Assembly (NCBI RefSeq): GCF_000010065.1
Contig: NC_006576.1
Span: 780,001 to 812,000, forward strand
Source of the DNA: Synechococcus elongatus PCC 6301
Lineage (GTDB): Bacteria > Cyanobacteriota > Cyanobacteriia > Synechococcales > Synechococcaceae
Direction of reading: 5' to 3'
DNA: 32,000 nt
The number at the start of each line of letters is the position of its first letter. Positions within the stretch are counted from its first letter, which is position 1. The position numbers were made by a program, and so were the translations under genes. This document shows, in pieces, positions 1-8,688 of this stretch. The notes beneath the pieces are model-generated. The model was not told where the DNA came from. It made no database searches and worked only from the letters and a program-made list of their open reading frames with translations.

Positions 1-604
1 GCATGGTTTTGCCCGCGATCGCGCTTGGGCTTTGCTGCAGTGGGATGAGGACAGCGGCCAAGCCGAGTTAGAGCTCCGAGAGTCACTAGAAACCTTACAG
101 ATTTGGCCGTTTGCTTTTCGGTTGGTGCTCAAGCTGCAACTCCGACCCCAGCAACTGCAGCTGCAACTCACTGTTGAGAACTGCGATCGCCAACCTTGGT
201 CGTTTACAGCAGCACTGCACAGCTATCTAGCGGTGCCGGATCTGGCCACTGTGCATCTACAAGGACTGCAAGGGCGTTGGGGCACGGAACAAACCACGGG
301 CGATCGCTGGCAGGAGATGGAGTGCGATCGCCACTTCCCTCAAGCGATCGATGCGCTCTACGAGGCTCCGGCGCAGCCCTTGACCTTGCTGGCTCCTCCT
401 TGGTCAGCCCTTCAGATCTGTCAGACAGGGTTTACCGAAACAGTGATCTGGAACCCGGGGTCAGCAGGGGTCAGTCAGATTGGCGATCTGGCCTCCGGCT
501 CAGAACAGCAGTTTCTCTGTGTGGAAGCAGCTGTCGTGCAGTCTCCTCCCCGCCTTGAACCTGGGGAAATTTGGCAGGGGCAACAAGTCTTTCAGGTCGG
601 TTGA
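1..604 (+). CDS. D-hexose-6-phosphate mutarotase / aldose 1-epimerase-like protein, C-terminal part (5' end outside window)
   Basis: Open frame from the window edge; residues such as LTVENCDRQPWSFTAALHSYLAV, W..CQTGFTETVIWNPG and FLCVEAAVV...LEPGEIWQGQQ resemble the YeaD-like mutarotase C-terminus. Confidence 0.8.
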   Translation, partial: HGFARDRAWALLQWDEDSGQAELELRESLETLQIWPFAFRLVLKLQLRPQQLQLQLTVENCDRQPWSFTAALHSYLAVPDLATVHLQGLQGRWGTEQTTGDRWQEMECDRHFPQAIDALYEAPAQPLTLLAPPWSALQICQTGFTETVIWNPGSAGVSQIGDLASGSEQQFLCVEAAVVQSPPRLEPGEIWQGQQVFQVG

Positions 605-1057
605 ATGCCCCTGCGATGGTAGTGCTCACTGTTAACCCTGCGAAGTATTCCTGCAATTGCTTGGCAGTGCCGCGATCGCAATCCTAGGGTGAGGATAGTT
701 CGGATGACGACCTCCAGGACAGCGTAAAGCTTGAGGACTGGACGGGTGAACATAGTCGGCGGTGGTTTCCTCTGGAGCCATCGCCTTTTATTGTTGTGTT
801 TCCCAAGCTGGCCCTGCCAACGACGCTCGCTCAACGTCTTGCCAGTGACTCATGACAAGACCAAAGTTGCCCAGAACAGTTTGGTGTACCAACGCAGTGA
901 TAAAGGGCTGAATGACCAGACCGCTCCTGAGGGAAATGCTATGCCTGGGGGCGGCTAACGCCAATGCATCCCACCGCAAATTGATAGTGCTCAAACCCTT
1001 CCATTCGTTAAAGTAGGATAAAGGCCAACTACTGAACCGATTCCCCTTGCTGCGTCC

Positions 1058-1768
1058 ATGGGTCGAGCCCTGACTGATAGAACGGCTGACCGCATCGATC
1101 TGACGGCGGCCGCCGCTCAGGTTCAGACTGTCCTGCAAGGAATTGAAGCCGATAGTTGCCCGCGCCTTTACAACTTCCATCTCCATACCACCTGTTCTGA
1201 CGGCAAGCTTCAGCCCCGAGAGGTGATGGAACAGGCGATCGCGATTGGGCTACGAGGGCTAGCAATCACAGATCATCACGGCGTGCGAGGCTACGAAGCT
1301 GCCTGTGCTTGGCTGGAGGATTATCAGTGGCGCAGTGGCGGTCGGTCGCCCTTGCCCAAGCTCTGGGTGGGAACCGAGATCAACGCCGATCTACAAGGCA
1401 CCGAAGTGCACATTCTCGCCTATGGTTTTCAGACCAGCCATGTGGCGATGCGGCCCTACCTAGTGGGTCGTCCGCCGCAGGGAGATGCGCACCTGGCACC
1501 CAATGTGATTGCCGCCATTCAGCAAGCAGGAGGGCTAGCCATTTTGGCGCACCCCGCTCGCTATCGGCGATCGCCCCAAGAATTGATTTTGGCGGCCTAT
1601 CGCTACGGCATCGACGGCGTTGAGACCTACTACGCTTACGGCAATCCCAATCCTAGGCAAGCCACCCCAGAACCAACTCAAGCGATCGCCAGCCTAGCCG
1701 CTGAGTTGAACTTGCTGAGTAGCTGTGGCACCGACACCCATGGTCGCAGTTTGCTCAGTCGCCTTTAG
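1058..1768 (+). CDS. PHP domain-containing metal-dependent phosphoesterase
   Basis: PHP motifs: NFHLHTTCSDGKLQP, AITDHHGVRG, AILAHPARY and CGTDTHG. Confidence 0.85.
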   Translation: MGRALTDRTADRIDLTAAAAQVQTVLQGIEADSCPRLYNFHLHTTCSDGKLQPREVMEQAIAIGLRGLAITDHHGVRGYEAACAWLEDYQWRSGGRSPLPKLWVGTEINADLQGTEVHILAYGFQTSHVAMRPYLVGRPPQGDAHLAPNVIAAIQQAGGLAILAHPARYRRSPQELILAAYRYGIDGVETYYAYGNPNPRQATPEPTQAIASLAAELNLLSSCGTDTHGRSLLSRL

Positions 1769-1931
1769 CTCGGTTCTCATCTCAACGACACTGCTGCTTA
1801 GCCAAGGGCGATCGCAGCTGTGGGCAATCGTTCCAGAACTGATTGTGAGTGCGGGTCTAACGCTCTAGCAGCTTCCCCGTAGAATTAGGAAACCGTGCCT
1901 TCATATTTAGTAATCGTTGGGGTGTCAATTC

Positions 1932-2363
1932 ATGACCGGTTTTATTCGGGGTCTGTTTCAGAGCAAGCCCAAAGCAGAACAAGCCCCGCAACCCAAGCAG
2001 AAAGGGGAGAGCTTCTACCTCGATGCAGACGAAGCGAAGAGCTTGGGCAATTTGGATTACATCCGTTCTGCTTCAACGATTGAACACACCTTTCCTAAAA
2101 CGGCGAGCAATCCTGAAGAGCGAGTTCTCATTCAAAAAGTTTCATCCCTGTCGCTGGAAGTCGTTGAAGCCTCTGAGGGCTTGCCCCAAGCAGACCAGCG
2201 GAAGCAAGCGGCTTTGAACAAGGTAGCCGCGGAGGCCGAGGCCAACAAAGCGCCAACAAAAACCTTTGCCGGTCAAGCCGAGACCAGCGAAACGAGCAGT
2301 CGTCGTCGTTCGACCGGTGATTTAGATATGTTCCGTCAAATGGCGCGGGACTTGAAGAAGTAA
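1932..2363 (+). CDS. Conserved cyanobacterial hypothetical protein, charged and Ala/Glu-rich (ORF track begins at upstream TTG 1917)
   Basis: Clean ORF with ATG at 1932 (MTGFIRGLFQSKPKAEQAPQPKQKG...). Composition is consistent with a real protein; no known domain recognised. Confidence 0.6.
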   Translation: MTGFIRGLFQSKPKAEQAPQPKQKGESFYLDADEAKSLGNLDYIRSASTIEHTFPKTASNPEERVLIQKVSSLSLEVVEASEGLPQADQRKQAALNKVAAEAEANKAPTKTFAGQAETSETSSRRRSTGDLDMFRQMARDLKK

Positions 2364-2461
2364 ACCGCGAATCGCGTCGCAGACCAGCAAAGGGTGGCTG
2401 CTCTTGAACTTCCAGCGCGGCTGCCCTCATTTTTTGTTCGGGCCAAACAGGGCTTTGCAGC

Positions 2462-3802
2462 ATGAGTTTTGACTACGACCTCTTGGTGATTGGTGCCGGT
2501 TCTGGTGGGTTGGCAGCCTCAAAACGAGCTGCTAGCTATGGTGCCAAAGTTGCGATCGCAGAAACCGATTTGGTCGGGGGCACCTGCGTGATTCGTGGCT
2601 GTGTGCCGAAGAAGCTGATGGTCTATGCCTCCAGTTTTGCCAGTCAGTATCATTACGCCGAAGCCTATGGCTGGTCTGCTATACAGCCTCAATTCTCTTG
2701 GCCCAAATTGATTGCGGCCATCGATGCGGAAGTCAACCGCCTCAGTCGTCTACATATCAGCTTGCTCGAAAAAGCCGGTGTCGATCTCATTTTGGGCCAT
2801 GCCCAGTTTGTGGATGAGCATCGCTTGCAAGTGGGCGATCGCCAAGTGACGGCGGCAAAAATTTTGATTGCAGCGGGGGGCCGCCCCATCAAGCTGCCGA
2901 TTCCGGGCGGTGAGCTAGCGATTACCTCGCGGGAGATGTTTCATCTCCCCGAACAACCCCAGCGCTTTGCAGTCATTGGTGGTGGCTACATTGGTTGTGA
3001 GTTTGCGGGCATTCTGCGCAGCCTGGGCTCAGAAGTCACGCAAATTATTCGCCGCGATCGCATTTTGCAGGGCTTTGACCAAGAACTGCGGGAAGCGGTG
3101 CAAACCGGCATGAGCCAGCTCGGTGTTCAGTTCCGCACGGGCGTCACGGTCGAGCGGATCGATCAGACTGAAACGGGCTTACAACTGAGCTATAGCGACG
3201 GCAGCCAGCAAATCGTGGATCAAGTGCTGATGGCCACGGGGCGGGAACCTTGGCTGGAAGGCTTGGACCTAGACGCTGCCGGGGTTGCGATCGAGGGTCG
3301 TCGCATTGCGGTTGATGCTTGGAGTCGCACCAATCAGCCCCATATTTTTGCGGTGGGTGACTGCACCGATCGCGTTAACCTTACGCCGGTGGCGATCGCA
3401 GAAGGTCGGGCGTTTGCCGATACCGAATTTGGGCAAAAGCCGCGCCAAATCTCCTACGAGAATATTGCTTCAGCTGTTTTTAGCCAGCCAGAAGCCTGTA
3501 GTGTTGGCCTGAGCGAAGAAGCAGCCAAAGCGGAATACGGTGAGGAGCGCATTCGGGTTTATCGTAGTCGCTTCCGACCGATGTTTTACACCCTGCCTCA
3601 AGCGGAAGAACGGGTGTTGATGAAGCTAGTGGTTGAGACTGAGAGCGATCGCGTTCTGGGAGCGCACATGGTCGGCAAAGATGCGGCTGAAATCATTCAA
3701 AGTGTGGCGATCGCAGTGACGATGGGTGCGACGAAAGCTGATTTTGACGCCACGATGGCTTTGCATCCCACTTCAGCAGAGGAGTTCGTAACCATGCCCT
3801 AG
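2462..3802 (+). CDS. gor: Glutathione-disulfide reductase
   Basis: VIGAGSGGLAASKRAASYGAKVAIAE (FAD), GGTCVIRGCVPKKLM redox disulfide motif, VIGGGYIGCEFAG, and C-terminal dimerisation motif MALHPTSAEEFVTMP. Confidence 0.93.
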   Translation: MSFDYDLLVIGAGSGGLAASKRAASYGAKVAIAETDLVGGTCVIRGCVPKKLMVYASSFASQYHYAEAYGWSAIQPQFSWPKLIAAIDAEVNRLSRLHISLLEKAGVDLILGHAQFVDEHRLQVGDRQVTAAKILIAAGGRPIKLPIPGGELAITSREMFHLPEQPQRFAVIGGGYIGCEFAGILRSLGSEVTQIIRRDRILQGFDQELREAVQTGMSQLGVQFRTGVTVERIDQTETGLQLSYSDGSQQIVDQVLMATGREPWLEGLDLDAAGVAIEGRRIAVDAWSRTNQPHIFAVGDCTDRVNLTPVAIAEGRAFADTEFGQKPRQISYENIASAVFSQPEACSVGLSEEAAKAEYGEERIRVYRSRFRPMFYTLPQAEERVLMKLVVETESDRVLGAHMVGKDAAEIIQSVAIAVTMGATKADFDATMALHPTSAEEFVTMP

Positions 3803-3855
3803 AGTCGACTGGTAGCACTCTTCATCGGCTTGCGATCGCAGGGTTCAAGCAACCG

Positions 3856-5196
3856 CTAGGACCCGAGGAGTGCGGTACATTCCAGACGTTCTTGACTAGC
3901 ATCGCGGCGATCGCGGCGCCATTGAATTTGATCGGCAAGGTATTCAGCGTCTTGGCCGACCCCACAGAAACGGCCCGATCCCCAGGTGTGTAACCAAGGC
4001 AGGCCAATGAAGTACAGACCAGGTACTGGGGTGACACCGCGCTGATGAACCGGCAGCCCCGAACCATCAAACACCGGTACTTCGACCCAAGAAAAATCAC
4101 TGCGATAGCCCGTGCACCAAATCACGGCCGCAATCTCAGCGACTAGAAGTTGGGTTGAGGTTTGACTTTCGGTCGGCTGCCAGCAGGGTTGATAGGGCGG
4201 TTCTTCTGGCGCTTCTAGCTGATGCTGAGCAATGAAGTCATCGATGCTGCGGCGAATCCGACAGTAAACCGCATCTGCCGCATCCAAATGAGTAGCGAGG
4301 TTGTCCTCAAACTGAATGGCTTGGGAGGTCAGCGTAAACAAACGACCATGCAAGAGCAGACCCTCTTTGGCCCGTTGACGCAGGTCGATTTCCCGCCCCC
4401 CATCGCGCCCTGTCAGATAGTGATTGGTTTTGCGGCGAACACTGCGCGGATCTGCATGGGCATCGATCGGGGTGTCGTAGTAGCCCATTTGGTCGAGCCA
4501 GTCGACGACATCCCTGCCCCGATAGCGTCGTGGCGATCGCGGGGCAGAGCCCACACTCAGATGAACGGTTCGGCCGGCCAGGAACAAATCCTCAGCAATC
4601 TGACAGCCCGACTGACCACTGCCAACAACCAGTACCGCGCCTGGTGGGAGCTGTTCAGGATTGCGGTAGTCTCTTGCATCGATTTGGACAATTGACTCCG
4701 GCAAGCGAGCAGCTAACGGATGCCGTTTGGGTTCGTGATAAGCCCCTGTGGCAATAACCACCTGTTGCGCCCAGTACTCCCCTTCGTTGGTCAGCAGCTG
4801 AAAACCGCGATCGCACTGCTGCAGTCGTTGTACGGTGACCCCTTCCCGGATGGGCGCCCGACAGGTTTTCGCGAAGCGATGGAGGTAATCGACGATCGCC
4901 TGCCGGCCCATGAATCCTTCCGGTTCAGCACCGTCGTAGGGGAAGTCGGGCAGCCGACATTGCCAGTTAGGCGTGACCAAACAAAACGAGTCCCAACGCT
5001 GCTGATCCCAGGCAAAACCAATGCGATGCTTCTCCAACACTAAGGGCTGCAGACCCCGTTTCTGGAGGCAGTAGGCCATCGACAGACCGGCTTGCCCCGC
5101 CCCAATGACAATTGTGGAATGGCGATCGCGAACACTATCTCGAAGTCGGGCGGGTTCAGAGTTCTGCATGCGATCGCGGTCAACTAGGTAAAACAT
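3856..5196 (-). CDS. MSMEG_0569-family flavin-dependent oxidoreductase (Nit1C cluster); likely start at M10, near 5169
   Basis: Two Rossmann motifs, VIGAGQAGLSMAYCLQKRG and VVGSGQSGCQIAEDLF, as in class B flavin monooxygenases; C-terminal GLYFIGLPWLHTWGSGRFCGVGQDAEYLA; lies next to nitrilase-cluster genes. Confidence 0.85.
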   Translation of the reverse strand: MFYLVDRDRMQNSEPARLRDSVRDRHSTIVIGAGQAGLSMAYCLQKRGLQPLVLEKHRIGFAWDQQRWDSFCLVTPNWQCRLPDFPYDGAEPEGFMGRQAIVDYLHRFAKTCRAPIREGVTVQRLQQCDRGFQLLTNEGEYWAQQVVIATGAYHEPKRHPLAARLPESIVQIDARDYRNPEQLPPGAVLVVGSGQSGCQIAEDLFLAGRTVHLSVGSAPRSPRRYRGRDVVDWLDQMGYYDTPIDAHADPRSVRRKTNHYLTGRDGGREIDLRQRAKEGLLLHGRLFTLTSQAIQFEDNLATHLDAADAVYCRIRRSIDDFIAQHQLEAPEEPPYQPCWQPTESQTSTQLLVAEIAAVIWCTGYRSDFSWVEVPVFDGSGLPVHQRGVTPVPGLYFIGLPWLHTWGSGRFCGVGQDAEYLADQIQWRRDRRDASQERLECTALLGS

Positions 5197-5301
5197 CCCA
5201 ATTTAAATGTAATTATTCAGAACATATAAAACCGTATCAATCGCGACCGAAAGAAGATTATTCAATCCAGAATTAAGTCAGGTTAAACAGGCAATCATTT
5301 A

Positions 5302-5341
5302 GTAGTCACCGTTACAGTCATTCCTTAGAACTTGTTTTAGT
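5302..5341 (+). promoter_or_regulatory. Candidate NtcA-activated promoter upstream of the sll0783-like gene
   Basis: GTAGTCACCGTTAC at 5302-5315 matches GTA-N8-TAC exactly; TTTAGT (4/6 match to TATAAT) at 5336-5341 follows after a 20-nt spacer, close to class II NtcA promoter geometry. Confidence 0.6.
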
Positions 5342-5393
5342 TAATTGGTAGCTGTTTACACCAGCAGCCACCGTTCTAATTGCAGATTTTCCC

Positions 5394-5876
5394 ATGCCTG
5401 AAGTGACGAAGCCGGCCAATCAACCGGGTGATTTTCTGGTTGATTATGAAGAGAAAGTCTTTCCGGATGTCAAAGCAGAACCCGGTGAAAAAGCACTGAT
5501 CACATTTCACACAGTCGCCTTTGAAGGGTCGATCGGTCTCGTCAACCTTCTCCAAGCTAGCCGCCTAATTAACAAAGGCTTTGAAACATCCATCTTGCTC
5601 TATGGGCCTGGGGTCACTCTCGGGGTTCAGCGTGGCTTTCCCAAGTTGGGTGATGCAGCCTTTGATGGTCACTTGAACTTCAACGCTCGGATTCAAAAGT
5701 TCTTGGACCAAGGTGGCAAAGTCTACGCTTGCCGATTTGCCCTACAGGCGCTTTACGGTCATGGCGAAGGAGCTTTAATCCCGGGAATCCGTCCGATTAA
5801 TCCCCTGGATGCGATGGATCTGATCCTGATGCACCGCAAGGAAGGGGCTTTTATCCTCGACACTTGGACGCTCTAG
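5394..5876 (+). CDS. MSMEG_0572/Sll0783-family nitrogen starvation response protein (DsrE-like fold)
   Basis: [52 protein letters not shown]...[34 protein letters not shown]; first gene of the nitrilase operon. Confidence 0.87.
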   Translation: MPEVTKPANQPGDFLVDYEEKVFPDVKAEPGEKALITFHTVAFEGSIGLVNLLQASRLINKGFETSILLYGPGVTLGVQRGFPKLGDAAFDGHLNFNARIQKFLDQGGKVYACRFALQALYGHGEGALIPGIRPINPLDAMDLILMHRKEGAFILDTWTL

Positions 5877-5912
5877 TTCAAGTTGGTTTTTTAGGATTCT
5901 TAGGCAGAAGCG

Positions 5913-6917
5913 ATGGCCGATAAAATCATTGTGGCAGCTGCACAAATCCGACCTGTTCTATTCAGTTTGGAAGGATCTGTTGCTCGGGTTCTAGCGGCCA
6001 TGGCAGAAGCCGCAGCAGCGGGCGTTCAGCTGATTGTTTTCCCTGAAACCTTTCTGCCCTACTATCCTTATTTCTCCTTCGTCGAACCGCCGGTTCTGAT
6101 GGGGCGATCGCACCTCAAGCTCTACGAACAAGCCTTCACAATGACGGGGCCGGAACTCCAGCAAATTGCCAGGGCTGCTCGACAGCATCGTCTCTTTGTT
6201 TTGCTCGGCGTCAATGAGCGAGATGGCGGTAGTCTTTACAACACTCAGCTATTGATTAGCGATCAGGGTGACTTACTTCTGAAGCGCCGCAAAATCACCC
6301 CGACCTATCACGAACGGATGGTCTGGGGACAAGGCGGTGGCGCGGGCCTAACCGTTGTCGAAACGGTGCTGGGTAAGGTTGGGGCCTTGGCTTGCTGGGA
6401 GCACTACAACCCCTTAGCCCGCTTCAGTCTGATGACTCAGGGGGAGGAAATTCACTGCGCCCAATTCCCAGGATCGCTGGTGGGGCCAATTTTTAGCGAG
6501 CAAACCGCGGTCACACTGCGTCACCATGCCCTCGAAGCCGGTTGCTTTGTGCTCAGCTCGACGGCTTGGTTGGATCCGGCCGACTACGACACAATCACTC
6601 CCGATCGTAGTTTGCACAAAGCCTTTCAAGGGGGCTGTCACACCGCGATCATCAGTCCCGAAGGGCGCTATCTCGCAGGGCCACTGCCCGAGGGCGAAGG
6701 ACTCGCGATCGCTGAACTCGACAAAAGTTTGATCACCAAACGTAAGCGAATGATGGACAGCGTCGGTCACTATTCGCGCCCCGATTTACTCAGCCTTCGG
6801 ATCAATCGCAGCCCTGCCACACAAGTGCAAGCGATCGGTTCAGCTGCTGCCTTGCCAGAACTACCGAACCTAGAAGCCGCACCGGCTGAGACTGCGGAGG
6901 ACTATCTCCATGCCTAA
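5913..6917 (+). CDS. Nitrilase (Nit1C / Sll0784-like)
   Basis: Nitrilase-superfamily E-K-C residues: [32 protein letters not shown], and [16 protein letters not shown]. Confidence 0.92.
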   Translation: MADKIIVAAAQIRPVLFSLEGSVARVLAAMAEAAAAGVQLIVFPETFLPYYPYFSFVEPPVLMGRSHLKLYEQAFTMTGPELQQIARAARQHRLFVLLGVNERDGGSLYNTQLLISDQGDLLLKRRKITPTYHERMVWGQGGGAGLTVVETVLGKVGALACWEHYNPLARFSLMTQGEEIHCAQFPGSLVGPIFSEQTAVTLRHHALEAGCFVLSSTAWLDPADYDTITPDRSLHKAFQGGCHTAIISPEGRYLAGPLPEGEGLAIAELDKSLITKRKRMMDSVGHYSRPDLLSLRINRSPATQVQAIGSAAALPELPNLEAAPAETAEDYLHA

Positions 6918-8007
6918 GTCAACGTCTCAGTCCTTAGGGGAGTTGGTGACGGAACTCCAAGTACAAGGGGTGATGGCTCCGGCGGTTAGAGGAAATCCTG
7001 GTCGCCAAGGCGGTGCAGGGCCTTCGGACCATCGGGCGATTACCCTCGAGGGCACAACAGTGATGGTGCCGGTTTACAACTCGACGGCGCAACAGTCGCC
7101 CTACCAGCTGACGACAACGGCGGATGGGGGTGTGGCTCTCCATCATCAAGGCGAGCTGACGACCACGCTGGAAACGCCGCCGGAACCCCATTTCTACAAC
7201 TTGCAGACTGCGGAAAGCATTCCCTACAAGGCGATCGCCCTCCTGCACGGCAAGGATGTGCTGGCCACGACGCTGCAACAGACCTGCATTCGCTTTCGCG
7301 ATCGCAGCGAGTCTTGCCAGTTCTGTGCGATCGAGCAGTCGCTGACCTCAGGCCAAACGATTGTTCGAAAGACGCCAGAGCAGGTCGCAGAAGTTGTGGC
7401 CGCAGCCGTTCGGCTGGATGGCGTTCGGCAACTGGTAATGACCACGGGCACGCCCAACAGTCGCGATCGCGGGGCTCGTCTGATGGCAGAAACAGCCGCA
7501 GCAGTGAAGGCAGTGGTGGACATACCGATTCAAGCCCAGTGTGAGCCACCGGATGATCCGGTCTGGTTCAGCCGAATGAAAGCTGCGGGTGTCAACAGTC
7601 TGGGCATGCATTTAGAAGTGGTGGAACCGGAGGTGCGTCGTCGCATCTTGCCGGGGAAATCGGAGCTGACCCTCGAGCATTACTACCGCGCCTTTGAGCA
7701 GGCCGTGGCCGTCTTCGGTCGCGGTGAAGTCTCGACTTACCTGCTAGCCGGACTCGGGGATAGCGCTGACAGCTTGATCGACTGCAGTCGGCGGCTGATT
7801 GCGATCGGCGTTTATCCATTCATCGTGCCGTTTGTGCCGATCGCGGGGACACCACTGGAACGTCATCCGGCTCCAACGACCGCTTTCATGCTGCAGATTT
7901 ACGAAGCCGTGGGAGCACTGCTCCATGATTCCGATCTGCGATCGGCGGCCATGTCTGCGGGCTGCGCCAAATGTGGCGCTTGTTCTGCCCTCTCGCTGTT
8001 CGAGTAG
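6910..8007 (+). CDS. MSMEG_0568/Sll0785-family radical SAM protein
   Basis: [18 protein letters not shown] cysteine cluster (C-x9-C-x2-C), later biotin synthase-like TM-barrel segments ([33 protein letters not shown]) and C-terminal CAKCGACSA; overlaps the nitrilase stop by 8 nt. Confidence 0.85.
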   Translation: MPKSTSQSLGELVTELQVQGVMAPAVRGNPGRQGGAGPSDHRAITLEGTTVMVPVYNSTAQQSPYQLTTTADGGVALHHQGELTTTLETPPEPHFYNLQTAESIPYKAIALLHGKDVLATTLQQTCIRFRDRSESCQFCAIEQSLTSGQTIVRKTPEQVAEVVAAAVRLDGVRQLVMTTGTPNSRDRGARLMAETAAAVKAVVDIPIQAQCEPPDDPVWFSRMKAAGVNSLGMHLEVVEPEVRRRILPGKSELTLEHYYRAFEQAVAVFGRGEVSTYLLAGLGDSADSLIDCSRRLIAIGVYPFIVPFVPIAGTPLERHPAPTTAFMLQIYEAVGALLHDSDLRSAAMSAGCAKCGACSALSLFE

Positions 8008-8055
8008 TCCCTGTCTCTTCTTATTTGTCTCATCGTCGTGATTTCGGGTATTGCG

Positions 8056-8688
8056 ATGTACTTCCTTGATCCCACTAGTCCCGAGCTGGGCCAGAGCCGC
8101 ACCTCCTTGCCAAACAGTTTTGTGCCCTCGGTGCGCTGGGGCATTGGCATTGATGCTGAAGACTTTCGACTGTCGCCAACGGCGAGTTCCGATCGCTTTT
8201 CTTTTCATCTGGCGCAGCCGCCTTCGCCGCTGCTGGCGGGCTACTGGGACCTGCGGCGACGCATTTTCTGCGAAGAGCAAGGGTTATTTAAAGACTCCGA
8301 TCGCGATGATCAAGACGCGATCGCCTATCCGATTGCAGCAGTTGCTCACACCGGTGATGCGGCCGGGCAGGTTGTCGGTGTGGTCCGCATTCTCGAATCC
8401 TCACCTCGGGTCTGGTACGGCGGTCGCTTGGGCGTGGATGCCGCTTTTCGTCGCCAAAACCAGATTGGCAAAGGTCTGATCTGGAAAGCTGTGACCACGG
8501 CAAATGCTTGGGGCTGCGATCGCTTTTTGGCAACGGTGCAAATTCAAAATGTTCGCTTCTTACAACGCTTGCACTGGCAGTCGCTGGATGAGTTGGAAAT
8601 TCGGGGCTTGGCCCATTATCTGATGGAAGCAGACCTCAACTACTACCAACCGGCCCGGATGCTCCGCCCCCGTCGTCAAGCCGCATGA
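8056..8688 (+). CDS. MSMEG_0567/Sll0786-family GNAT N-acetyltransferase (ORF track start 8038)
   Basis: YWDLRRRIFCEEQGLF...VVGVVRI...WYGGRLGVDAAFRRQNQIGKGLIWKAV is GNAT-like (acetyl-CoA-binding loop); located within the nitrilase operon. Confidence 0.83.
   Translation: MYFLDPTSPELGQSRTSLPNSFVPSVRWGIGIDAEDFRLSPTASSDRFSFHLAQPPSPLLAGYWDLRRRIFCEEQGLFKDSDRDDQDAIAYPIAAVAHTGDAAGQVVGVVRILESSPRVWYGGRLGVDAAFRRQNQIGKGLIWKAVTTANAWGCDRFLATVQIQNVRFLQRLHWQSLDELEIRGLAHYLMEADLNYYQPARMLRPRRQAA

Noticed and set aside
4222-5043. Plus-strand ORFs antisense to the flavin oxidoreductase gene
   Set aside because: They mirror a well-supported coding gene, no recognisable protein motifs; typical of GC-rich antisense frames.
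5348-5359. Second NtcA-like string GTAGCTGTTTAC near the sll0783-like gene
   Set aside because: Spacing is GTA-N6-TAC rather than N8, so it does not fit the NtcA consensus.
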